A DNA stretch of 64,000 nt from Nitrososphaerota archaeon (GCA_041641305.1 JBEPYN010000001.1:608001-672000), one strand, 5' to 3'. Positions 7,914 through 17,838 are shown, counted from the stretch's first letter. Translations and numbers: made by a program. The notes: generated by a model from the letters alone, not told the origin.

Positions 7914-10900
7914 TTATGGTGGTGGAGGCGGTGGTGGAGGGGGACGTCTAAACCTTCGTATCAATACAAGGGTGACTGCTGCGGCTGCTAAGATGATTGC
8001 AGGAGTTATTAAGATGGGTTGAATTGATGTGGAGGTTTGGGTTTCTGTGTGTTGTGTTGTGGTGGTTTTTGTTGTCGTAGGCGTTGTGGCCATGGTTGTG
8101 GTGGCTCGTGTGGTGGCGATTGTTGTCGTAGCTATTGTCGTCGTTGTCCTTGTTTGGACTGGCTCCCAAACGGCTTTAAGGGTTACTGGTTTTTCTGCCG
8201 TGAATTTTAGCGGGTTTTGGTCAGAGGTTATGTCGCCTGTCCAGCCTTTGAATACATATCCCTGAGGCGCGGTTGCTTTCAGGGTCACTTTATCTCCCAG
8301 TTTATAGAAGCCCGCGCCGTCCACAAGGCCTATGTTTGTTTCTGCTTTTACCTGAACATATACAGTGTACAGTTCTTCAAGATTTAGAACAGCTTTGTCC
8401 TCAAGTCTAACTGTGACTAGGGGCTGGTTCGTTTCAAGTCTCCATCCCGTATTCTCGAGTGGCGACTGTATTGTGATTACATATGTTCCTGCAGGTAGCC
8501 TAAGAGTGGTTGTTGTGTTTTCTATTTTTAGCAATATTTGTTTTTGGCTGCCTGGCAGAGATATCTTAAGCGGCATCCCTTTGACGGCGTCAACTAGTTC
8601 CTTTTTCCCTGTAACCATTAAGTTGGCGTGAACTGCCAGGGGCATCATTTTGTATGCTGGTGCAAATCCTTCTTTTCCGGCTATGATGTGGACATAGTTT
8701 ATACCTGCTTTGGATGGCGTGAGTGTGTAGGAAAATGTCCCATCCTGTTCTGTTGTTATGTTAGCTATCCGTCTTATCTGTCCATTTGCCTCTATGATGG
8801 AAATTGAGACAGTAGCCCCGGGTACACCATTTGAACCAAACTGGTCAAAGACCTTCCCCTTTATCGTGGTTGGTTTATCTACGGTTGTCTTGTCGACTGT
8901 GAAGTTTAGCCGGAGACCCGGTAGGGGCTGTCCTATGCTTAGTTGGTATCGGTTGTCTATGATTACAGGGATTTTCAAAAGCTCCCCGTAGCTGATATTT
9001 AGATGTATCGGGATTGTTCGGATGCTTTTTGTATTACCCCAGTTATAGGTTATGTATAGGTATGCATCTACGCCTTTCTCGTCTGTTCCGTACACATTGA
9101 GGAAGTATATTCCCGGTGTCATCGCGAATGTTTCGAGCACTTTCGGGAACGAGCCGTAGCCACTATATCTTAGAGCATTTTCAGAGTATGAGGCGCCATG
9201 GTCTGGATGGTACCCTGCTATGTTGCCAAGAGAATCCTCCAAAGCTAGCTCCAAAAATGGTGGATCGACGAATATTGCTCCAGAAGCAATCCATCCTGCT
9301 GCAGATGTCGGAATGACCTCCGGAGGCGCGTTGATTTTTTGAGCATAACTATTAACTAGGTCGCTGACTGCTTTGCCGTTGTACTCCTGAGTTAACTTTA
9401 CCGCCTGTTCTACTGCCTTATCTATATCTGTGCCTGGTTTGACGTCTAATTCAAGCTTAGGTAGTTGTATTTCGGTCAACTTAGTGTCATAGTTGTCAAT
9501 CTTGAATGAGCCAAGGGACGCACCCGAAACGGTCTGCACTTCCACCTTGGTCGGAGTTAGCGGTGGAAGACCCTGTCCCGAATAAGTCGAGCCTACTTGA
9601 TAGTATACACGCATCACATATTCCTTTTCATCTATTTTTTTGTTAAACTCAACATAGCCCAGCGAGTATGCTTGAAGGTATTTTTGCTGGTTATCGAGAA
9701 TTTTCTCCTTCACGTCTTGAGGCAAATCCATCCCTGCGAGTAGATTGACAACTTGGCTGTATGTCATCAAGCTGCCGTCTGGGTTATAGTAAACAGGAAG
9801 ATTTCCTCCCACGAGTGCGAAAATGGTTTGTGCTTCTAAGAGATCCTTCTGTAGGTCTTTCAAAGATTGTTCGACCTTCTTGTTAGCTTCGGCAAGTGAT
9901 TCGGCGAATTTATCGGCGTCTCCTTTTTTGTAGGCGTCTATTGCCTGGTCTAGCAGCACATTTAATTCATTAGAGGCTTCAGAATTAAAATTGTTTAGCA
10001 ATTTTTGCGATGGATCTCTAGAAGTTTCATCAACATTTGTAGAATAAACTGTGTTTTCTGATAATACGTCCGCGGAGACTTCAGCGACCGCTTTGTTTGT
10101 CTCCGATATAGTGCCAGTACCGCCTCCAGCTACAACGTCGCTTGAACCCTGTATGATGGTTCCCCAGTACCATTCCCATGGGCTTTCATCCGGTATCATA
10201 TACAAGTATGCAAATTTATCCGATGCGACAACCGGCTGGGCAGGCTCTACGGCAGAGCTGTTAGTGGCAAACACACGGAAAACATCAAATGACGCTAGCG
10301 AGCTAGGTACATAAGCGTAAAACTCTGGGCTATCCGCCGCTAATCCCGTGAGTCGATTGTAAACAGTTTGTGGCACAACCCCCTGTAGCGCTGTAACGTT
10401 GTCTTTAGTAACGAAAAGCACCCTGCCTCCTTTGGTCAAGACATAATAAAATGAGTGACTTGTGGAGAAGGGGGATGACTGCTGCGACCTATGCACTGCA
10501 ACTCCCTCCATCAATGAATCATACACAAATCTCTTGAACATTATTTCCCGCGTCAGCTTTATCTCGCCCATAAACGGGTCAACAATCATAAAAGCTGCTA
10601 TCATGTCTTGAGCATGGATTCCGCCGTTAGAGATGTATACTTTTCTACCATCGTAGCCAACGATGTAAGCGCTTGACTGAGTAATAGTCAAAGGGTACAT
10701 GGCAAAGACATAAGAATGGTTGGTCAAGTCCTCCAACAAGTGCCACGACCCAATCTTGTATAGCCGGCCTTGAAGGTATGCGGATCTGCCTACTACTTCG
10801 TCGATATCCATGCCTTTGAGAAGCTCCGGAGAGGCTAGAGTTAGTGCAAAAATAGATGAGGAGTATGCCCCTAACTCACCATTGAACCGCGTCTTCACAA

Positions 10901-12458
10901 AACTGGGAACATAAGACATGTAGCCGTTTATCCATAAATTGCGTAGGGTCCATCTATAGGTGGAGTTATTAGGCCGCTGAACCTCGTGAGTAATGTAAAG
11001 TGGAGAAGAATATCCTGGATAAGCAGGGTCTCCAAGCGCTAGAACGACACCGTTAAGTAGAAACTGAATCCTAACTCTTGCCCTTCTAATATCTATCCCG
11101 GGGGTCAGGAGACCATTTGGAAGCGACGCGATATATGATGCAGCATACCTGTCAGCTGGCACGAACCTAGCTGTTATTCTATACCCCGCTGCTATAGGCA
11201 TGGTAAGCGTAAAACTATGATTACCGTTTACGAAATCGTATAACCTTGAATCGGACCACACCGGATACTCGAACTTCAGCCTCGACACATACTCAATAGG
11301 CGGAGTAGGCCCTACGTACAAAACTATCCTTTCGCCTACTGGTTCTTCCAACCCACTGGAAGGCACGATATAGACCCTTGGCTGGACATCAGTAAGGTCG
11401 AACATCTTTAGAGGTTCCATATATTCTTTGAACGCCTCCTCAAATTCGTCTTGTACAGAAATCACAGGCGGCAAGGTCACCCCCTCGATCGGTGAACTAG
11501 TTTTCCGGATCGTTTTCTTGAACGAGGGGTCCATATCGACCCATGAATTGTTTATGTAAGCCCTTACCCACAAATGTCTAAGCCAGACAACATCGTTATC
11601 CGGGTCATACTGGTCAAGGAGATAAGAGTAGGTCAGGATCTTTAACATTGACTCTTTGTTCCAGACACCTAACGTGTCCATGATGACTTTTGATTTGACA
11701 CCCACTAACCCGTAAACATAACGCGCTGGAGTACCTGTGGCTCTCAGCAAAGCCACCAATAAGCTCGATTGGTCAAAGGAGTTTCCATACAGATCATAAT
11801 ACGTTCTTATCGGCCCCCTCATTACTCCCCAGTAAGCATCAAACAAAACATTGTTTCTAACGAATTCATACAAGGCTACACTTGTGTTTCCTAATTCTTT
11901 TGCAAGAGCATAAAACATGAATGGAACAGGCGTGTACTCATCGGAGGCTAAGTCATGAACAGACTTGGGAGCATCCATTACATGAGCGACTTCACTTATT
12001 GAAACAACCATTTTGAGTGTCTTTGGTGTTTTTTGCTGATTAGCCCATACTCTCACCACTATCGTAACTTCTCCATCAAAAGTAGGTATGAAGACCATGC
12101 GCGGGTTTATTCTTCCTACTGCATCACTTCTAGAAACAACTTGTTCAAATGTTAATGACAAATTTCCCTTAAGCACTTGACCATCCTTAATCAATAATAC
12201 TTGGGCATAGTATTGAAGACCTGCTTCGACGTCTGTAGAGTTCACGGAAATTAGGTACTTTGCTCTTTTTACATGAGCGGCCGGGATAGAAAGAGTTTCA
12301 GCTGTAGCGAGAACTCCGTCAATTCTCAAACCTCCATCAAACTGTAGAACATATTCTTTGGTTGATGGGGTTATGCTGCCGTCGGATCCCCACGCAGAAC
12401 CCGGAATTGTAGAAATAACTAAAAGAACCACGAGACCAGCCACAAGTACCTTAAACAT
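7914..12458 (-). CDS. Large secreted, C-terminally membrane-anchored protein with transglutaminase-like domain and Ig/beta-sandwich domains
   Basis: Signal peptide; GNSFDQSSLLVALLRATGTPARYV, HLWVRAY, WVDMDPS; carboxypeptidase-regulatory-like and InlB B-repeat-like (GYVFKGWTGD) segments; Thr-rich linker, TM, RRFRR plus Pro9 tail. Confidence 0.85.
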   Translation of the reverse strand: MFKVLVAGLVVLLVISTIPGSAWGSDGSITPSTKEYVLQFDGGLRIDGVLATAETLSIPAAHVKRAKYLISVNSTDVEAGLQYYAQVLLIKDGQVLKGNLSLTFEQVVSRSDAVGRINPRMVFIPTFDGEVTIVVRVWANQQKTPKTLKMVVSISEVAHVMDAPKSVHDLASDEYTPVPFMFYALAKELGNTSVALYEFVRNNVLFDAYWGVMRGPIRTYYDLYGNSFDQSSLLVALLRATGTPARYVYGLVGVKSKVIMDTLGVWNKESMLKILTYSYLLDQYDPDNDVVWLRHLWVRAYINNSWVDMDPSFKKTIRKTSSPIEGVTLPPVISVQDEFEEAFKEYMEPLKMFDLTDVQPRVYIVPSSGLEEPVGERIVLYVGPTPPIEYVSRLKFEYPVWSDSRLYDFVNGNHSFTLTMPIAAGYRITARFVPADRYAASYIASLPNGLLTPGIDIRRARVRIQFLLNGVVLALGDPAYPGYSSPLYITHEVQRPNNSTYRWTLRNLWINGYMSYVPSFVKTRFNGELGAYSSSIFALTLASPELLKGMDIDEVVGRSAYLQGRLYKIGSWHLLEDLTNHSYVFAMYPLTITQSSAYIVGYDGRKVYISNGGIHAQDMIAAFMIVDPFMGEIKLTREIMFKRFVYDSLMEGVAVHRSQQSSPFSTSHSFYYVLTKGGRVLFVTKDNVTALQGVVPQTVYNRLTGLAADSPEFYAYVPSSLASFDVFRVFATNSSAVEPAQPVVASDKFAYLYMIPDESPWEWYWGTIIQGSSDVVAGGGTGTISETNKAVAEVSADVLSENTVYSTNVDETSRDPSQKLLNNFNSEASNELNVLLDQAIDAYKKGDADKFAESLAEANKKVEQSLKDLQKDLLEAQTIFALVGGNLPVYYNPDGSLMTYSQVVNLLAGMDLPQDVKEKILDNQQKYLQAYSLGYVEFNKKIDEKEYVMRVYYQVGSTYSGQGLPPLTPTKVEVQTVSGASLGSFKIDNYDTKLTEIQLPKLELDVKPGTDIDKAVEQAVKLTQEYNGKAVSDLVNSYAQKINAPPEVIPTSAAGWIASGAIFVDPPFLELALEDSLGNIAGYHPDHGASYSENALRYSGYGSFPKVLETFAMTPGIYFLNVYGTDEKGVDAYLYITYNWGNTKSIRTIPIHLNISYGELLKIPVIIDNRYQLSIGQPLPGLRLNFTVDKTTVDKPTTIKGKVFDQFGSNGVPGATVSISIIEANGQIRRIANITTEQDGTFSYTLTPSKAGINYVHIIAGKEGFAPAYKMMPLAVHANLMVTGKKELVDAVKGMPLKISLPGSQKQILLKIENTTTTLRLPAGTYVITIQSPLENTGWRLETNQPLVTVRLEDKAVLNLEELYTVYVQVKAETNIGLVDGAGFYKLGDKVTLKATAPQGYVFKGWTGDITSDQNPLKFTAEKPVTLKAVWEPVQTRTTTTIATTTIATTRATTTMATTPTTTKTTTTQHTETQTSTSIQPILITPAIILAAAAVTLVLIRRFRRPPPPPPPPP
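7917..8160 (-). repeat. Low-complexity coding repeats: poly-Pro tail and TTTxA Thr-rich linker
   Basis: Nine Pro codons at 7917-7943; TTTTIATTTIATTRATTTMATT. Confidence 0.8.
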
Positions 12459-12723
12459 TTAAAAAGATCAACGAAATGGCAGATAAAAAAATTTCGTAGC
12501 AGCCTTTATGGTACATCTCCACACGATGCTCTACCAGCTGTTCGTGTTCCATGAACACAATATCAAAAGGCTCGAGGGAACTGGCGTGTTATCACAAAAC
12601 TTGCTCTGCCTAAACGCCATATTCGCAACCAATTATACATAAATACATAAGGGAGGAACACTGTGTACCGCGCTAATACAAACAGCAAACATATAAAAAA
12701 CAACCTCGACACGAAAAAGCGTG

Positions 12724-12797
12724 GCCGGGGTAGCTCAGCCTGGTAGAGCGGCGGGCTGTTAACCCGTCGGTCAGCGGTTCAAATCCGCTCCCCGGCG
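12724..12797 (+). tRNA. tRNA-Asn(GUU), no intron, CCA not encoded
   Basis: GCCGGGG/CCCCGGC acceptor, anticodon arm GCGGG-CTGTTAA-CCCGT, GGTTCAAATCC T-arm; upstream TATAAA. Confidence 0.97.
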
Positions 12798-12899
12798 CAC
12801 GGTAAATATTCTTCATATCGGGCATCTCCGCGACGTCTCTATTGTACAGCTGCTGAACGAAAAAGACGCCTTTTTACAAGGCCCTCGGAGAAGAGTCTA

Positions 12900-13787
12900 T
12901 CAGCCACTCGTCAAAAACACTTCACGAGGACTGACACCGCTCAACTCAAGCAGCCTAACTGCATGTTTGACGATGTCTCGGATATTGTAATTCGTTTCGA
13001 CAAAAAGCTTTCCGACAGCCCTTTTCGACCGAAACGGTTCGCCATTCTCGTGTACTGGCCGGATGTTGACTAGATAGGTTGTACCTTCTCCTGTTTTGAT
13101 TGGTGGTTGGGGGAGTTTACCTGTTGAGTCGAGCCATTCGACAGCGGCTGTTAAGATGTCCCGCCACCACTTCAGTTGATAGGATTTTCCGTCGGGGAAA
13201 ATGATTTTTGTGTATTTCAGTCGGTCACCTAATTTCGGTGAAAAATCTGAGAGGGGTGTGCCTCCTGTTGGTTGGGTAATCTTCTCGGTTATGTCGGTTA
13301 TGATTGATTTTTGTGCTGGCCCGTTTATTCCTGCGTACCGCATTATGGCGAATGCTCTTCTCACGACCTCGACGGCGTCCATCGACTGAATATCCCAGTC
13401 AACTATCTTCTTCTCCTGGAGAGGTTTCTGAATGCTTGTATCATAAACCTCCCACCGGGAGCCGTCTGTCGCGATAAAGTATCTCACACCCTCGGAGACG
13501 CAGTAGGAAATTTGTTGAAGCAAATCCTCCTGCTTGCCCAATGGCTTCGCACCCACGAAAGCCAGCCTCTGGCCGTTCTGAAATAGGGCGTAGTCGGGGC
13601 GCCCCGCCTGTGTCGAGACCTCGGGCCTAACAAGCCTGGCGTCCTCAGTATCCCATCCAAGAGCTCTAAGCAAAGGGTCTATCAACACATACCTTGTCAA
13701 AGCCTCGCTGGACTGAAGATCCTTCTGATATGTGCGGATACGATTCTTAAGCTGTTCAATAAGTGAAACAAGCTCCTGAAGCGGCAT
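12900..13787 (-). CDS. HsdR_N-like PD-(D/E)xK nuclease domain fused to a SeqA-C-like domain
   Basis: EALTRYVLIDPLLRALGWD, VRPE, RPDYAL, FVGAK, ATDG.RW; C-terminal FVETNYN...LLELSGV. Confidence 0.75.
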   Translation of the reverse strand: MPLQELVSLIEQLKNRIRTYQKDLQSSEALTRYVLIDPLLRALGWDTEDARLVRPEVSTQAGRPDYALFQNGQRLAFVGAKPLGKQEDLLQQISYCVSEGVRYFIATDGSRWEVYDTSIQKPLQEKKIVDWDIQSMDAVEVVRRAFAIMRYAGINGPAQKSIITDITEKITQPTGGTPLSDFSPKLGDRLKYTKIIFPDGKSYQLKWWRDILTAAVEWLDSTGKLPQPPIKTGEGTTYLVNIRPVHENGEPFRSKRAVGKLFVETNYNIRDIVKHAVRLLELSGVSPREVFLTSG

Positions 13788-13865
13788 AGAAGAGGTTTTT
13801 CATCCACCGATATATGCGTATTGTCTGCGTAGATTTTGCTGATGGGTAGTTGTTGAAAGATTAAA

Positions 13866-14288
13866 TTGTTGTGGCTTATGATGGTTTTTGGTTTGGGCGA
13901 AGCACAGTTCGAGATCATACTTGACCATTACCGTAACCCGCGTAACTACGGCGAGCTCGGGGACGCTTCCGTGAAGGTGAAGGACTCGAACCCGCTGTGC
14001 GGGGATGTTGTGGAGGTTTTTCTCAAGATTAACAGCGAAGGTGTGGTTGAGAAGGCCACTTTCCGCGGACATGGATGCGCCATCAGCCAAGCATCGGCCT
14101 CCATGCTCATAGAGTCTATTCAGGGCAAGAAGCTCGAGGAACTCAAAACACTCGATAAACAGCATATCTTTGACATGCTGGGGATTGAGGTCGGCCCCGT
14201 GCGGGTGAAATGCGCCCTTCTTCCGCTCAAGGCTTTGAAGGCCGCTGTCTACAGCTACCTTGGGCTTAAGCTGGAGGATGAGGAGTAG
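13866..14288 (+). CDS. iscU: IscU/SufU Fe-S scaffold (NifU N-terminal family); true start probably slightly downstream
   Basis: DHYRNPRNYG, NPLCGD, GCAISQASAS, RVKCALL. Confidence 0.9.
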   Translation: MLWLMMVFGLGEAQFEIILDHYRNPRNYGELGDASVKVKDSNPLCGDVVEVFLKINSEGVVEKATFRGHGCAISQASASMLIESIQGKKLEELKTLDKQHIFDMLGIEVGPVRVKCALLPLKALKAAVYSYLGLKLEDEE

Positions 14289-14315
14289 CTTTTATCCCTC
14301 CATGACATCATCCAT

Positions 14316-15482
14316 TTGTTGAAGCTGGTCAAAGACCCTGTCCACGGCTACATCACCATATCGGATACGGAGAGAAAGCTCGTCGACACATCGGCAGTCC
14401 AAAGACTGCGGCGAATAAGCCAGCTGCCCCTCGTCTACCTCGTTTACCCCGGTGCGAGACACAGCCGCTTCGACCACTCCCTCGGCTGCATGCATCTTGC
14501 GGGAGAGTTCGCCGACCACCTCAACCTCGACAGCCATGAGAGAAACCTACTCAGAGCATCGGCGCTGCTACACGACATCGGCCACACACCCTTCTCACAC
14601 CTCTTCGAGCAGCTTCTAATGGAAAAGGGGATGAGCCACGAAGACATGAGTATGAAAATTGTGCAGGAGGATGACGAGGTTGCGTCGGCTCTCGAGTCCA
14701 TGGGCCTCGAGGTTAAAGAGGTTGTGGACGTTCTACATGGTAAGTCTCGGCTAAGCGGCCTCGTCTCGGGACCCCTTGACGTCGACCGTTTAGATTTCCT
14801 ACTCAGGGACGCCTACTTCACCGGCGCGACATACGGCATAGTAGATGTCAAACGAATCATAAGACTCACTCATCTTCTCGAGGACGGGCCAGCGGTCGAC
14901 AGCAGAGGAACGGGCGTCGTCGAGGAGCTCGCCATCGCCCGCTACCACTCCTTCATCAACATCTACTTCCACCACGCTGCAAGAGCGGCTCAGAACCTTC
15001 TCCTCAGAGCGGCTAAAATGCTCGGGGATGAGCTTGACTTCAGCTCGATGAGTGTCCAAGAATATCTCGAACACGACGACTACACAGCATGGTGTCTGAT
15101 GAAAAGCAGGGAGAAAAGCAGACCCTACATCAAAAAGCTTGAGAAAAGAATTCTGCCGAAAAGAGTTTTTGAGCAGAAGTTTCTAGGCGCAGATGGGCCG
15201 CGGATAAATTACTCGGATACATCTCTGCTGGAGTCGTTGATAGCGGAGAAAGCGGGAACAGAGCCTGCGAAAATCTACGTTGACTACAGCTACGCGCCTC
15301 CGCTGACAAAATACGGGCCCGGAGAAGTCAGAATACATCCATCACCTGAAACAGGTTCATGGATTATCCAGCAACTCTCGCAGCCCCTCAGGCTTGTGAG
15401 GGTCTACGCCGACCGGGATGTAACAGACCTTGAAAAAATTAGGAAAGCGGCGTATGAGGTTATTTCCTCAGAGATGGAATAA
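14316..15482 (+). CDS. HD-domain dNTP triphosphohydrolase (SAMHD1/dGTPase-like)
   Basis: DPVHGY, QRLRRISQL, HSRFDHSLG, HDIGHTPFSH, DVDRLD. Confidence 0.9.
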   Translation: MLKLVKDPVHGYITISDTERKLVDTSAVQRLRRISQLPLVYLVYPGARHSRFDHSLGCMHLAGEFADHLNLDSHERNLLRASALLHDIGHTPFSHLFEQLLMEKGMSHEDMSMKIVQEDDEVASALESMGLEVKEVVDVLHGKSRLSGLVSGPLDVDRLDFLLRDAYFTGATYGIVDVKRIIRLTHLLEDGPAVDSRGTGVVEELAIARYHSFINIYFHHAARAAQNLLLRAAKMLGDELDFSSMSVQEYLEHDDYTAWCLMKSREKSRPYIKKLEKRILPKRVFEQKFLGADGPRINYSDTSLLESLIAEKAGTEPAKIYVDYSYAPPLTKYGPGEVRIHPSPETGSWIIQQLSQPLRLVRVYADRDVTDLEKIRKAAYEVISSEME

Positions 15483-16065
15483 ACTGGGCCAAGCCCTCGA
15501 AAATCTGCTGTGAAACAGTTTCGACAGGCTTCTCGCCGTCGACGACCACAACTCTAGGAAACTTTCGCAGAACACGGCGGTAAGCCCTGCCAACCCTGGT
15601 GAGAAAAGTTTTCCTCTCATATCTCTGAAGGTTTTTGCCAAGACGTTTAACCGCTGTCTCAGGGCTGATGCTCAGATATACGACTATGTCGGGCTTTGCT
15701 GCGAAGCGGTTGACCTCATATACCCAACGGCTCCTCCCCACCGCCACAGACTGGTAAGCCAGCGACGACACCACCGAACGGTCTGAAACAACAAACACCC
15801 CCCTATCCCTAGCCGACATAATCTTCTCTCTGAGAACCAGCCTATCGGCTGCGAAGAGAAGAGCCAAAACCTCTTCAGACAATTTGACACGACCCCTAAG
15901 AGCATCTTTTATCAGCCTACCGATTTTCCCGTCGGTGGGCTCGTGGACAAGCATGACCCGCATACCTCGGCGTCTCAGCTTATCCGCAATAATCTTGGCC
16001 TGTGTTGTTTTCCCCGCACCATCAATTCCCTCAACGGCAATATAGAAAACCTGCTTCAACGCCAT
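15460..16065 (-). CDS. tmk: Thymidylate kinase
   Basis: EGIDGAGKTT, EPT, LLFAADR, DRS..SSLAYQ. Confidence 0.95.
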   Translation of the reverse strand: MALKQVFYIAVEGIDGAGKTTQAKIIADKLRRRGMRVMLVHEPTDGKIGRLIKDALRGRVKLSEEVLALLFAADRLVLREKIMSARDRGVFVVSDRSVVSSLAYQSVAVGRSRWVYEVNRFAAKPDIVVYLSISPETAVKRLGKNLQRYERKTFLTRVGRAYRRVLRKFPRVVVVDGEKPVETVSQQIFEGLAQFIPSLRK

Positions 16066-16098
16066 TTCTTTTTTGCGCAGGGATTTAAGATAGGGGGC

Positions 16099-16172
16099 TG
16101 GACCGGCGGGGATTTGAACCCCGGACCTTCCGCGTGCGAGGCGGACGATCTTCCAGACTGATCTACCGGCCC
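16099..16172 (-). tRNA. tRNA-Ala(CGC), no intron, CCA not encoded
   Basis: Reverse complement GGGCCGGTAGATCAG...TCCGC-CTCGCAC-GCGGA...GGTTCAAATCCCCGCCGGTCCA; G3:U70 pair present. Confidence 0.97.
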
Positions 16173-16202
16173 CATGTTACGTTGTTGGTTTTTGATTTAA
16201 GG

Positions 16203-16220
16203 TTTAGCTTCGCAGCTAAA
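16203..16220. other. Perfect inverted repeat between the moeA 3' end and the tRNA-Ala promoter (terminator or operator candidate)
   Basis: TTTAGCT-TCGC-AGCTAAA followed by a T-run. Confidence 0.3.
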
Positions 16221-16366
16221 TCATTTTTTAACCGGTTTGGGCATGAAGGCGGGTATGTGACTTGCTGTGAAACAGTCCAAACCCGCGGGAGGTTCTGACC
16301 TGTCTATTGTCTAAAAGCTTCTCCTCGATGGTTACGATGATGCGAAGCGGAGACCTGATGTCGTCT

Positions 16367-17635
16367 TCAGTCATGTAATAGCTCCACCTCCACTTCCTCC
16401 CCTTCCTCAAACCCTTCCACTCCTTCAGGCACCACCAGTAATCCGTCGGCCTTAGTTAATGTAGAGAGGAGACCTGAGCCCGTGGTCATCAGGGGTTCAA
16501 CCAAAACCCCTTCTGGAGTTCTCTTGATACACACCCTGACAAAAGTCCTTGTCAAGGCCGGGTTTGCAACACGTCTAGTCAATTTACCTCTCACTGTGCA
16601 TGTCATGAAGTTTTTTCTACCGTAGGTTTTCTCGAGCAGAGGTTTAACAAACAGCTTGAAACCCAAAGCGGCTGATACAGGATATCCCGAGAGCATGAAG
16701 ACCGGTTTACCTCTGACGACTGCGGCGCCTGTGGGCTTGGCTGGCCTAATCCTGACACCATGAAAAATGACTTCGGAGTCGCCGACCCTGTTCAAAGCTT
16801 CGGGCACAACATCCTTCGCACCGACGCTTGTTCCACCCGTTACAATGAGCATATCCAAAACATCTATGGATTCGGAAATCTTTGCAGCTATAAGTTCTGA
16901 ATCATCCTCCACCGTTCCCAAATCCACCGGATCAGCCCCATGCTCCTCCAGCATTGCTTTGAGCATCGGTTTTGAGCTGTTTATGACCTGGCCTTCTCTG
17001 GGCTGGGAGCCGGGTTCAACCAGCTCGCTTCCCGTGCTCAGGACACCTACCCGTATTTTCTTGTAGACAGGTATGGTTGTTATGTTTAGAGAAGCTAGTG
17101 CGCCTATGTGCCATGATCTTATCCGTGTTCCTCGTGCAACAACCAACTCATTCACTCTAAAATCCTCGCCAATTCTCGATACGTTTTGTAGAGGATGGAC
17201 TTGGCGGGTGACCTCCAAAACATGTTCGCCGATTTTTTTAGCATATTCAGCCATAACCACTGCATTAGCCCCTTCTGGAAGAGGCGCGCCGGTGTAGATT
17301 TCAACAGCCTCGCCACGCTCAACCTTAGGAACCTCCGATACTCTGCTCCCAGCCTGTGAGACACCCTTGACAACGAGATATACTGGGTTGTTCGGCGACG
17401 CGCCATAGGTGTCTTCAGCCAACACCGCATAACCATCCACAGCGCTCTTTTCAAAAGACGGCACATCAACAGGTGAAGAAATATCTTCGGCACAGTACCT
17501 GCCCAAACACTGTTCAAGAGAAACTTTCTCTACACCGGGAGAAGCGGTTGATATTTTTTCGGCGAGTAGTGATAATGCTTCTGAGAGGGTTGGTAGGGTG
17601 GCGAAGCCGGTCATCCTACGTGTTGACATGTTCAT
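16367..17635 (-). CDS. moeA: Molybdopterin molybdenumtransferase
   Basis: SAVDGYA, IYTGAPLP.GA.AV, STGSEL, TGGTSVG, GYPVSA. Confidence 0.95.
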   Translation of the reverse strand: MNMSTRRMTGFATLPTLSEALSLLAEKISTASPGVEKVSLEQCLGRYCAEDISSPVDVPSFEKSAVDGYAVLAEDTYGASPNNPVYLVVKGVSQAGSRVSEVPKVERGEAVEIYTGAPLPEGANAVVMAEYAKKIGEHVLEVTRQVHPLQNVSRIGEDFRVNELVVARGTRIRSWHIGALASLNITTIPVYKKIRVGVLSTGSELVEPGSQPREGQVINSSKPMLKAMLEEHGADPVDLGTVEDDSELIAAKISESIDVLDMLIVTGGTSVGAKDVVPEALNRVGDSEVIFHGVRIRPAKPTGAAVVRGKPVFMLSGYPVSAALGFKLFVKPLLEKTYGRKNFMTCTVRGKLTRRVANPALTRTFVRVCIKRTPEGVLVEPLMTTGSGLLSTLTKADGLLVVPEGVEGFEEGEEVEVELLHD

Positions 17636-17838
17636 CTACCTTTGTTTTGTTGGTTAGCTTTTTTAGCCGTGTTGCGTGTATGTCTGGTTCTTAGGGCTGC
17701 ACGGGATTTCTCTGCCACACCTCTTCTCCCCGTGTCTATTCTTAGAGAGGGCCTGGTTAATCTCGCAAGCTTATCCACCATTTTTCCAGTGTCCACGCAT
17801 ACTCTCCTGAGGTTGGGTGACTGGATTTGGCCATGCAT
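17632..17838 (-). CDS. Possible small basic protein coupled to moeA (or a long 5' leader)
   Basis: TTAAAAA box 24 nt upstream of ATG; stop overlaps moeA start (ATGA); no recognisable family. Confidence 0.3.
   Translation of the reverse strand: MHGQIQSPNLRRVCVDTGKMVDKLARLTRPSLRIDTGRRGVAEKSRAALRTRHTRNTAKKANQQNKGR

Noticed and set aside
12480-12640. Possible frameshifted AbrB-like remnant (RIWRLGRASFVIT...LEPFDIVF) on the minus strand
   Set aside because: Needs a frameshift and the similarity is too short to support without an HMM search.
7888-13865. Integrated element (provirus or island) at tRNA-Asn
   Set aside because: No integrase, and I found no duplicated tRNA end (att site) on either flank. 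At most an eroded islet.
17771-17802. Minus-strand frame ending WKNGG-stop between moeA and ncsA, suggesting a SAMP/MoaD
   Set aside because: Only 9 codons from the ATG, with an in-frame stop shortly upstream and no beta-grasp pattern.
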